From Asterias rubens (Eukaryota): DNA of 64,000 bases. Numbering within the stretch: the first letter of the stretch is position 1; each line of letters begins with the position of its first letter. Under the pieces are notes generated by a model. It saw only the letters and a list, made by a program, of their open reading frames with translations, did no database searches and had not been told where the DNA came from. The stretch covers positions 9,982,001 through 10,046,000 of the forward strand of contig NC_047074.1 in NCBI RefSeq assembly GCF_902459465.1, in the 5' to 3' direction. Made by a program: the position numbers and the translations under genes. Positions 1 to 11,600 of the stretch are shown here, one piece after another.

Positions 1-1123
1 TAAATTTGTTTAATAAATATTACTTTTTCTACCTGATTATAACTTATATTTATAAGAAGCTAAAATTCTGTCTAGTTTGTACACACCAAAATGACCATGG
101 TCCATGGATTTTTGAATTAAAATGAAATAAATATATTAATATTATTTTAAAATTAAGGTAGGTACGTGACAATCCGGGGATCCCGTGCGTAGCTCCGTGC
201 ACCCCCGAACTGATCGTTCATTGACCGGCCGCGTAGTAAATCGCGTCATCAGTTTGAGGGTAGTAGTCGTATTTTAAGAGCATACTTACTGCACATGTGT
301 TGATGACGTAGTACACATGTTCCTGTCTATCAGCGTCTTCGAATTTTTTCGATCCGAGTTGTAAAAGTGGAAAAAAAAATCCGTGAAAGTTTTGGGTCGT
401 CAAAGTCATCGATTCGTTATCCGAAGGTAAGCTTTGTTTGTTTTAAAACCTATACTCATTGTTTGTTCATATGTTCGTCTATACTTACTGTGAATTTGAA
501 GTGATTCTGATAACCCCCACTTTAATTTTTACCGGCCGCAAAATGTTGTGTCGGTGGCGAAATTTTTTAAAATGGCCGGATTTCATACTGCCGGATGCTT
601 GTTGTAAAATACTGTCACTTCCTTTTAAACTACTTTTAGGCTCTAAAATCATTCTTAAATGAGACTTAGGGATGTTTCCCATTGACTTTACGAAAAAAAA
701 GTGTAAATTATGCCTCACAGACACCGATGATTATGGATTTGTAAGGGTGGTTTTTCAGTAGAGAAAAATGACATAAGCGATCCTGACGTCACGTGACCAA
801 ATCTCGGCAATGTGATTGGTCAGTGCCAATGTTTACAAACACAGGCTGCCTTTTTTTTCGACGGTGTATTGCTTAACCTTCATGTTGTGTGGTTTTAAGG
901 TCATTTCGCGTTTTTTTTTTAGATTGTTTTTAATTTTAATTAGTGTTTTAATAAACAGGTTATGAAATAATTGATTTAATTAAAGAAAAATTCCACTTCC
1001 TCGCCGCAAAAAATATAAAGTATTGACTCTTGTGTAAATGCCAGTCCTTATAAATTTATATAATTTATCATTTTTACATTCTGCTTTTTATTTTGTTTAT
1101 AGGGTTTGTGATAGGCGACAATA

Positions 1124-4100
1124 ATGCCACCAAAGAAAAGGAAACTGGCATTGCCAGCAAAGGTTGGCAAGATACGCCAATACTTGACAGATAATTTTAG
1201 CATCTTCCCTGAAGAACTGAAGAATTTCAAGAATGGCCATGTACTTCTTCAGTACATCATAAATGACAGCTCTAGGACAATGACTATAAAGGCAGTGATG
1301 AAAAAACTTCCATCATGTGTCATTAATCTCAGCCAGCTTCAATCTCTTCTGACCCAAGCAAAGAAGTTCAAGAATTTAAGGCGTGATTCTGAAATGGAGA
1401 AATACGCATCCCTTTGCAACCAATTGTTCAATCCTGTCAATGAAGATCCTGAGCCAGAGACCTCCAAGCTAGAACATTTTGACAGTAAGTGTCTTTCTAA
1501 CTTGTTTTGCGAACGACGTGAAATAATAAAATCATTGAGAATCTTAAATGTTTTATACATAGGCCTACCATGGAAATTAACAAAACAAAATTAAATTGTG
1601 ACAATGCACACACAAGTGATTTTTTATTATTTGTTCTCTTTGTCCTACTGAGTTTTCCTTTGTGGTGATTATCTGTATATTATAATAATATTGACATCAC
1701 ATGTTTTCTGACTTGCACTGTGGTGAGTTTATTTTTGAATCTTTTCAATTGTCAAGCCCAAACTTAAATCTTCAAACTTTCAACCCAAATGTCATTTTAT
1801 TATACATTGTAGTAACAAAGGTTTGTAAATTATTCAAATTTCAGGTCCAAAGGAGGTTCAGCCTCAGCCTGGAACATCACAACAGCTTGACCCCCAGCCT
1901 GGAATATCACAACAGCTTGATCCCCAGCCTGGAACATCACAACAGCTTGACCCCCAGCCTGGAACATCACAACAGCTTGACCCCCAGCCTGGAACATCAC
2001 AACAGCTTGACCCCCAGCCTGGAACATCACAACAGCTTGACCCCCAGCCTGGAACTTCAGCACAGCTTGAGCCCCGCCCCCAGCCTGGAACTTCAGAACA
2101 GTCTATTGATCCCCAGCTGCCAAAGACACCAAGATCATCTTCGTCTAATCGCTCCTCTCCACGTCAAGGGCTTCTTACTCCCAGGAAATTGAAGCTGAAA
2201 AAAAGATTGGAGTATCTTTCCCAGACAAGGAGTACCATGAAGCTTAAGTACAAAAATAAGATTGCAAAATTGCGACATGAAATCAACTACCAAAGTCTGC
2301 ATAAAGTAAAATATCTAAACCAGGTAATAACCCGCAAAGACCTTTCACTAAAAAAGAAGGACAACAAAATAAAACGCCTCAGAGTACAGTTTTCAAAGAC
2401 GGTGTTGGCAAAGGAGCTGGCTGAAACAAAGAAAAAACTAAAAAATTCAAGGCGAAACAACAAACGACTACAAAATGTGAACAAGAAGAGATGCTCCTCT
2501 GAAGCTACTGATGATGTCGAATTCCAGAAACTGCAGGATGAAGTCAATGTGAAAACTTCAACTATAATAGCCTTGGAGAATGAAAACCTTTGTTTACAAG
2601 AGACAGTCGAGTCATTGCAGCTTGGGGAAAGTAAATTACAGAAGGAAGGCAAAGTGTATTCCCCAGAAATGAGGATGTTGGTGTATGATGCAGTAGTTAA
2701 TCATGTTCCAACAAAAAACGTACCAACTCTGATTCAACAGTTTGCGAGACGGTCTGGAGTTATTCTTGACAAAGTTCCACACCGAAACACTGTAGAGATG
2801 ATGACCAGGGAGTTGGGAGTCATTTCTGATTTTCAAGCTGCTGAAATTCTTCTTCAAAATCAAAATATCACTCTTGGTTTTGATGCAACGACTCAAGAAG
2901 GTGTCCACGTCAATAGTGTTCATATCACTACCCAGACAACCTGCCACATACTTGATATTGACCAATTGGCTGGTGGTACATCAGAGGATTACGCACTACA
3001 CATCGAAGCAAGTATTCAACGCATCAACGATGTTTACTGCCAGTTCTACTCAACCAACTTCTCAGAAAATCGGAAAAAAATACTAAATAACATATCAAAT
3101 ACTATGTCTGACAGAGCTGTAGTTAACCATGCTACAATACAACGACTTGAACTGTCCTGGAGAAAATCCCTTAACGAGCTCAACTGTCACCTCCATCCCT
3201 TAGATACCATCGCCAGTAAGACAAGATCAACGCTAAAAATTATGGAGCCTGCTGATGTTGGTAAAAAGTTATGGGGGACTGAATCCTTGAGTCACCAACT
3301 TGTTCTCGCAGTCAACAAACTACGTTATAAAGACGGTCGCGGGGACCCAAAAGGTTTTAAAACCTACTTGGATAATGCTGGACTTCCAAGAGGACTCATT
3401 CCAAGATACAGGGGTAACCGCCTCCACATAATGTTTCACATCTGTGGCAAACTTCATTCACATTGTGATTTTTTTCTGAAGATGTTTGAAGAAGGAACTG
3501 TTACTTGCGGTGGTCTTCTGGGGGGGATAAGGCAAGATTTCTTGAATCCTTGTTCCCAAGTTGAAATTCAAATTCTGGGGCTGATCGGAAAATTACTCTC
3601 AGGACCATGGATGGCCACGTTTTACACATCCAGTGAGTCTCCAATCAGTCACATCGATGGCATCACCATTGTCAAGGAAGTTGTTGCTCTTATGAAGAAG
3701 TTTTCCCTCACCCCACTTGACACGCTGTCCACTACAACAGATTTCTTCGGCAATGAACTCAAGTCTACTGATGAAACTCTCGGCAAACTCCAACAGAAGC
3801 CAGCAGATGATCCATTATTTGAGACAATGATGGGGGCCTGTCTCTCTGCAAGTGTTAGTGTACTAGAAAAACAATATGAGCGGTACTTCGGCACCGACTT
3901 GACCGACAAATTAAGAACAGAAACTGAGTCTGCAAGATGCCACAACATAGATGCCGAGGAAATAATGGGGATGTTTAGTGCCTCTAAAGAACGTGCCCCC
4001 AATGCAACGATGTGTTATTTGTCGTCAAGGATCCGGGCGCAGAAGAATAAGGTGGTTGATTTTCTCGACAATCTGGAAGAAGAAAAGAGAGCAAAGCTGA

Positions 4101-4570
4101 TTGAGGTGGCAATAACATTAGGAAGAAAGCACAGACAAGAGAGACGGAAGAAAAGTAGAGAAATCCAAGTAGAGATTCGTAAACGGCTGGCTAATAAACT
4201 CCAGAAACAGAAAACAAAAGACAGGCAGAAGCTGGATCGATTACTCAGATCCTGTGACACAGGGTCACTGGATTTAAGCAAACAAAATGAATTTGGGGAT
4301 TTGGGAGAAGACAGACTTCAAACCGTTAAGGACATCATTGCTGGGAAGATTGTGGGTCACAAACTTTCACACATTTGGTATGATGAAGACACTCAGGAGA
4401 AAACCGTGTACTTCGGGAAGGTAGAAAAATTGTTGAAGAGAAATGGGGGAACTTACCGGATCGGGTACTGGAAAGAGGATCAGCTGTATGACGATGATGC
4501 AGAAGACTTTGACCTTTCGAAATACACACTGGCAGTTGACTTCATCTGTGAAGACTTGATACTTTCATAA
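1124..4570 (+). CDS. DDE transposase, 2 coding exons (1124-1484, 1845-4570), ~1028 aa
   Basis: ATG 1124 (MPPKKRK, NLS-like). Donor GACA|gtaagt at 1485 and acceptor tttcag|GT at 1845 join in phase 1, giving an open frame through the 30-bp repeat into ORF 2189-4570. Motifs GFDATT (D, 2882), MSDRA (D, 3110), NCHLH (C(2)H) and HNIDAEE (E, 3956) follow the D..D..C(2)H..E order of hAT/P/MULE/Kolobok-type transposases. Confidence 0.85.
1862..2100 (+). repeat. 30-bp coding minisatellite (PQPGTSQQLD decapeptide, ~7-8 units) in the transposase
   Basis: Tandem CCCCAGCCTGGAACATCACAACAGCTTGAC units, in frame with transposase exon 2. Confidence 0.95.
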
Positions 4571-5689
4571 AGATACATGTACATGTTACTCAATTGTAAG
4601 TGGGTAAAATGTTGTTCAAAACAAAATCCTCAAGTCGCATGACTTTGTATTTTTTGTTTTTGTTCGTTAAGAAAATTATCCCTTTTTTTAATGTCAGTAA
4701 CTAAAATTAAGGAACCCATCTTTTATAGTAAGTAAAAAGAGTTGCAAAGTGTTCTGTGTTAGTAAGGCTTTCTTTACTGAAAGTTTTATTAAAATCTGTG
4801 GGATATTACAAAAGTTATGACAATTTTTGGTTCAGAACTCTCCGAAAAGTCCCAAAAAGGTCACACGTTTTCTTTGTTTTCTATTATAAAACAATACAAA
4901 ATTAAGCCCGTCAATTAAATCTTAAAATATTCATAACTTTTTTAATAATTGACCCATGACCAAACAATTTATATCATTGTAATGCTTACTGTGAGCTCTT
5001 TCCAATGGTATTAAAACTAAGCCAAAATGTTGAATTTGAATTTTTTTGTCACATACCTAATTAAGGAGTTAAAACTTTTTTATTAAAAAAGAAATATATT
5101 TAGTATAGGGTAGGGCCTATTTTATTAATTATTATAATAAATAACATAATTATATTATTTTCCCCGAAAATAAATAACTGATTCGTGGCGCATAAAAAAA
5201 GAGGTTTTTAATCAACAAACATACTGTCCTGGGAAAAGTTTCCGTATCACGCCACCACTTGTTCATTCAATATGATAGTCCAGTATCTATATTGGAAAAG
5301 TTTCTGTCTGGCACCACCCCTTTTTCATTTGATGTGAACTAATAAATAGTATCTAATTTACCTCACGGAGATATTCCTTTTTGTAAAAATGAGTGAAAAA
5401 GTGGTGGCGCCATATGGAAAGTTATCCATTTAATTTATCTCAATGATGAGATATCCCTTTTTGTAAAAAGTGGTGGCAGGATACGGAAAGTTATCCATAC
5501 TTTTAAAATAGGAGTCAAACATTTTGAGCCTTCGTAATGCTAATTTTTAAAATGATTATTGACAGGAGAGTACGTCAATGCCCATGTCGATGTGCATTAC
5601 TATTGCTAGTCTGTCCTGTCGTTGACCAAGATGTCTTTTTTACCATGACGACATGTTTTATATATTGTCTCATAATTTGACAATTTCAG

Positions 5690-8600
5690 GTTATTATCCG
5701 GTGCCTGCCCCCTACCCTGTCTGAAGCAGACTTCCTGGAACAGGTTTCACCCCTTGCAGATAACAACTACTTGTACTATGTCAAAGCAGACAGAAGGTGA
5801 GTTGCATTAAGGGCCAGTGGTTAGACTGCCGCCGTCGATTTCACCAAACTCTCCCTAACCTTCGGATTAATCTTAGGACTGATGTAGTAGGATGAGTTAA
5901 GTTCCGTATCCATAGACATTAGGACGCATTGAACCCATCCTAAATTAGGATGGGTTTATACTCGTCCTAACTCGAGATAGGACTTCTCCGAGCATTTCGT
6001 GAAATCGGCTGCTGGACTTGTAATTACATGGTTGTGGGTTTGAATCTTTCAAAATACATAGTAGCCGCAGCACAATGGCTAGAATAAGTTGATACTTGAT
6101 ACTTGATGAAGCTGGTGAAAGCTAAACTGGGATGATGTGCTGTGCATGACGCCGTGACCAGTGGTGCACACTTGCGGGCCCATTACCCGGATCTCCGGAA
6201 GGGCTGCAAGCCTAAATGCTTGGATGGAGGGTGCACTGACGACAGTAGAAGATAATCTATTCCAGATCCTGATGGTGCGACGATAGAATGAATATTTGTA
6301 GCAGTCCAGGGAGAAAGAGGGTACGCCATATTTGTTTAGGTGATGATCATGTCTCAACTGTTTGGGTCTAGTGACTGAATCACAATGTCTTGATTTGTGC
6401 AATTCACAATAAGAGGTGATAAACCACTGTTTCTTTTGAGAGAGATTGGCTGTTGCCAGCTTGGCATTTATATCCCGTTGTGTGAGTTTGCTTCTAAAAA
6501 ATGCAGTTTTTTGTTTGTCTTGTAGCCTTGGACCCAATGCGTTTTCAAGAGCCTACATCAACTTCATCAATCCAGAGGAGATACTCTCATTCCGAGACCG
6601 ATGGGACGGCTACCTCTTTACTGATACAAGAGGTAATCACTGACCAATTCTAATGTTAAAGCACTGTACACGTTTGCCAATTACTCAAACTATATACTAG
6701 TATAAAACTTGGTAACGAGCAATAGAGAGCTGTTGAAAGTACATGTATAAAACATTGTGAGAAACAGCTCCCTCTGAAGTAATGTAGTTTTCATAAAAGA
6801 AGTAATTTTCCACTAAAATATTTGAATTTGATTTCGAGACCTCAGAATTAGATTTTGAGGTTCCAAAATCAAGCAACTGAAAGTGCAAAACTTTGACCGT
6901 GTGACAAGGGTGGTTTTTCTGCCATTAATTTATATTATCTCGCAACTTCGATGACCAATTGAGTTCAAATTTTCACATGTTTGTTAGTTTCTGCATATAA
7001 TGTTGAGATACACCAAGTGAGAGTACTGGTCTTGTACAATTACCAAAGGTGTCCATCGTCTTTAAGCTAGCCAGCAAATGTTTGTATTTTTACATAAATA
7101 TCCAGGACTCAATATCCAGGAAATAAAATTTCAGGAAATCTCCGGGGTTTGGGGTTTGAATTTTGTGTTTTTCCACTGCTCCCTGTATTCATTCCGCCTG
7201 TGATCTATCTTCCTGCAATTTTTTAATCTTCTTTCCCATAAAAGCAAACTGACAATGAAAAGTTGCCTTCTTATAGAGTTCCACAGCCAGTGCCGCGATG
7301 CCCTGTGCTGTTGCTGTGGTGCCCTGTGCAAGGTTCCAATACAAATTTAAATTTTCCTCATAGAGGTCTACCCCACAGAGGGAAATTGCCCTGCCGTCGA
7401 TTTCACAAAACTCTTCCTAACTTAAGATTAATCTTAGGACTTAGGACGGGTCCCAACCCTGCACTGTAGCATGCGGACCTTAAGAATAATCTTAAGTTAG
7501 GACGAGTTACTCATCCTAACTCGAGATAAGACGAGTCCTAACTCTTTGTGAAATCGACGACTGCCACTTTAAGAGCAAAGTTCAAGGCTTGTGTTTGATA
7601 ACAAATCCGGAACTATTCCTTCTGTAGGTACAGAATATCCAGCCGTTGTGGAGTTCTCTCCGTACCAGAAAGTCCCCAAGAAACTAGGAAGGAAAGCCGA
7701 CCCTCGCTGTGGAACAGTTGAGACTGGTAAGTTGGGACAAGTTAAAAAGTTGGAGCTATTAAAGGAACACATTGCCTTGGATCGGACGAGTTGGTCTATA
7801 AAAAGCGTTTAAAACCGTTTGTTATGAAATATATATGGTTAGAAAGATGTTGTATAAGTAGAATATAATGATCCACACAAGTATCACTCAAAATTGAACG
7901 GTTTTCTTTTTACGTCGCAAACTATCACGGTCGGCCATTTGACTCCTATAAATGGCCGATCGTGTTATTGGACGAAGCAAAAAGAAAACCACGCAATTTC
8001 GAGGCATATTTTGTGTAGATCATTGTATTCTACTTTTACATCATCTTTCTATATGCATTTTATAACAAACGGTCACAAAACGCATTTCAAAGACCAACTC
8101 GACCGATCCAAGGCAACATGTTCCTTTAATGGTCATAGATTGGTTTTTGCAACAGAATGATGGTTGTTTTTTCTACAAGGTATATAGAGCTACGTTTTGA
8201 AGTATGAGACCTGTTTTTTTTATAGCACCATGTAATGGTTTACAAGGTGCTGTGGCGCAATATACTGCCAATCAGACCAGGAACACGTAGACGAATCCCC
8301 TCTTTTTACGATAAGTGCACTGGGTTCTTTTAAATGTGCATCAGATAACACATGGTAAATAATTAAGTCCCATCCTAATGACACAGCAATAATGGTTTAA
8401 AAGTGTTTTTCTTAAAGGCAGTGGACACTATTGGTAATTACTCAAAATAATTATTAGCATAAAACCTTACTTGGTAATGAGTAATGGGGAGAGGTTGATA
8501 GTATAAAACATTGTGAGAAACGGCTCCCTCTGAAGTAATTTAGTTTTTCGAGAAAGAAGTAATTTTCCACAAATTTGATTTCAAGACCTCAGATTTAGAA

Positions 8601-11600
8601 TTTGAGGTCTCAAAATCAAGCATCTGAAAGCACACAGCTTCGTGTGACAAGGGTGTTTTTTCTTTCATTATTATCTCGCAACTTTGACGACCGATTAAGC
8701 TCAAATTTGCACAGGTTTTTTATTTCATGTATATGTTGAGATACACCAACTGTGAAGGCTAGTCTTTGACAATTACCAATTGTGTCCAGTGTCTTTAAAG
8801 ACACAAGTGTCATGACCCGAATTAAAACCCACATTCTTCTGATCAGCACCACCAGAGCTTAAGTCCGATGTTCTTATCCACTTGGCCAGGACACACCACT
8901 AACGAAGGAGGACTTATACCTTGGTTGTTTCTTATTTCAATAGATGAGGACTTCTTGGCCTTTGTGGAAGCCTTCCAGGCTGAAGTAGAACGTCTTCCCA
9001 GTGCAGAGACCTATCTGGAGGAGCTAGAGGCAAAACTAAGTGAAAAGGAAGGTAAACAAACAGAATGGAGTGGTCTTTATTTTTTTTGTGTAATGTTCTT
9101 TTTTTATTTCCTCATTACATTCAAATATTGCTACTCGTACACTTTGAGCTGATGAGAAACACTTTTTGCATTCATTTCTATTTGTGTCATTAGAAACTTC
9201 CGTATTTAGCGCTCTATAAAATGTTGTAATTATTATTATTATTTATATGTTGGCAAAAAGACTCTACTTTTATGCATTTTGGTGTAAAGGACGTATATTT
9301 GTGTGTGCAGTTCTTGAAAACATTTGTTTCTTATGGAAATTGAAGGCCATTTTGTCACAGTTTCACTGGTTTCCAACTTGATATTTGTCTATATTCTGTT
9401 TATATTTACATATTCATGTGTAGTCTTTTTCTTTTTGTTTTATATTATATTTTGCATTTTATCGTGTACTTTGATTGTGTATGTTTGTTGTTGATGTACC
9501 ATACATAATGTTTTATTTTTGGTGTAAACAATGTATGAGTTGCTGTGTTTTCATCTTAAGCCTCAAACATGTCAGAGATACCAGACCTACATGGTAGAAA
9601 CCTCGTAACCACGGTATTCCGTGACATCACATGTTTACCAACAAAGAACCACAGAGCCTGGACTTCCTGATTTGTTGACAGCTCAAAGGAAGAAAATGAA
9701 ATCTGATTTTTTTGTTGAGATTGCACCAACTTTTCATAGAAAGGTGGCACATCTTTTAAGCTTAACATGTTGTGCTGACACACACTGCTATTTTTATAAT
9801 TCTTGAATTTATCCCAAAATCATGATACAAAATGTAAAAATTGTCCATTCGAGTCTGTGTAGTATCTCGCTTGAAAGGTCCATATTATTCTGAAACCAAA
9901 CAGCACTTCTAGTTTTTGTCTTTTTTTCCAAACCCCTGTTTCCCAGAAAAGCTGTGTCCAATAAATAAAGAATATACTAGCCATGTCTGTTTGGTATTGG
10001 CATACTGTATGATGATGATTGTACAGAAATGAATTGTCACTACAGTCAGTTACAGTTAATGTTTGTTTAGAATTGACTAATCCGCTTGTTAAAAAGTGTA
10101 TTTCCAATATTCTATTGTTTTTTACTGCACAGTCAGGTGCTGAAGATCTGGCTTAGGGTGGCCTGGTAATCTCTCCCCTATTGTTGATCCTTTTCTTCTA
10201 TGTGTTTTATGTAACTTATTCTATTTTATTCGCCTTTTCTACTTTCTATTCCCCCTTGTTCTGTTTTTATCCCGTTTCAACCTTTCATGTATTTTTATTT
10301 TCTATGTTTTTTTTTATGCAACTGATTTTATAGATAATTGTAGGTAGTTTTAATATTGATGTCTAATCACCATTTGCTTTTTGCCTTAAATTTGCCAATT
10401 ACAATTAAATTTTTATCTTGAGTTTCTACTTATTATAGGCTTATACATTATGTATATTAAAGGTAGGCCTACTCTATAAATCCATTTTTTATTACTATTA
10501 CTATAATTAATATATTGCCACATGTTTACTTTGCCAAATGTTTGAATGATTGATGCATTGACTCTCGATTGTTCCTCTTTTTTACAGCTAGAGCAATTAC
10601 GCCCTTGCTCACCTTCATCAAAAACAAAAAGTTGGAAAGAATTGTAAGTAACTGAAACTCCTCAACTCTCGTAATAAATTCTTATATAATTTTACATAAC
10701 CACAATACTTTGAAGTGCAAAGTTTTTTAAAATGCTTTATACGATCGAAAGCTGCTGTAAGCTTCTGAAACCAAAAGTTTTGAATCCAAACCTTTCCTTT
10801 AAATGTCCAAACTGTGCAGAAGGTCCGCCAGGAGGCCAAAGATGAGCGACGACGGAAGGAGAGAGAGCAGAAGAAGAGAGATGACGAGAGACGTCAAAAG
10901 AGGGACGACGAAAGAAGACGTCAACGTGAGAGGCAGAGACAGAAAGAAAAAGAGTCAAAGGAATCTGACAAATCAGAACCACAAAAGATTAAGGTATTGT
11001 TTGGTCCTTCCATGGCAAAGCAGCCAAGCTCAACAATATTGTTTTATTTATTTGAGATCGCTTCTCGGTAAACTGAGGGTGTTTGTTTTTTAAATTTCAA
11101 AGTTTCAAAGGCATGGTATGTATTAAAGGCACTGGACACTATTGGTAATTATCAAAGGCCAGTCTTCTCACTTGCTGTATCTCAACTTGCATAAAATAAC
11201 AAACCTGTGAAAATTTGAGCTCAAGTGGTCATCGTAGTTGGGAGATAATGAAAGAAAAAACACCTTTGTAACACGGAGCTGTGTGCTTTCAGATGCTTGA
11301 TTTCGAGACCTCTAATGCTTGATTTCTCGAAAACCGTGCACTTTAGAGGGAGCCGTTTCTCACAATGTTTTATACTATTATCAACCTCTCCCCAATACTC
11401 GTTACCAAGTAAGGTTTTATGCTAATAATTATTTTAATTAATTACCAATAGTGTCCACTGCCTTTAAGCCTTGGTGACTAGTGTGATTAATGTTGAAGTC
11501 GTGACTATTAATTGCTTAGTCGAGTTGCGGCTACTGCTTTTTCAACTAGTTGGTTATTTGTGCCACCACAACTTCCACAAAAAATAGTTGCGACTACCTG

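Larger units (their letters stand above)
159..5059 (+). mobile_element. Complete autonomous cut-and-paste DNA transposon, hAT-superfamily-like (hATw-like: 7-bp TSD)
   Basis: Left end TAGGTACGTGACAA (159-172) and right end TTGTCACATACCTA (5046-5059) are inverted repeats (13/14). ATTAAGG flanks both ends (152-158, 5060-5066). Encloses an intact transposase gene. Confidence 0.88.

Noticed and set aside
151-158. 8-bp TSD AATTAAGG (151-158 / 5059-5066)
   Set aside because: It requires asymmetric ends (TAGG...CCT). Symmetric TIRs give 7 bp. Not fully excluded without other copies.
1862-2100. 30-bp repeats as a CRISPR array
   Set aside because: The units are contiguous with no unique spacers, lie in frame in a eukaryotic spliced gene, and there are no cas genes.
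2189-2191. Transposase start at 2189
   Set aside because: The codon is TTG and the frame is open back to the acceptor at 1845.
1701-2192. ORFs 1701-2192 (+) and 1830-2063 (-) as separate proteins
   Set aside because: These are alternative frames of the minisatellite. The frame continuous with the transposase is the one supported by splice sites.
5225-5500. Direct and inverted ~30-bp motifs (GGAAAAGTTTCCGTATC / AAGTGGTGGC) just right of the transposon as part of the element
   Set aside because: They lie outside the TSD. Probably an unrelated decayed repeat, and I could not define its ends.
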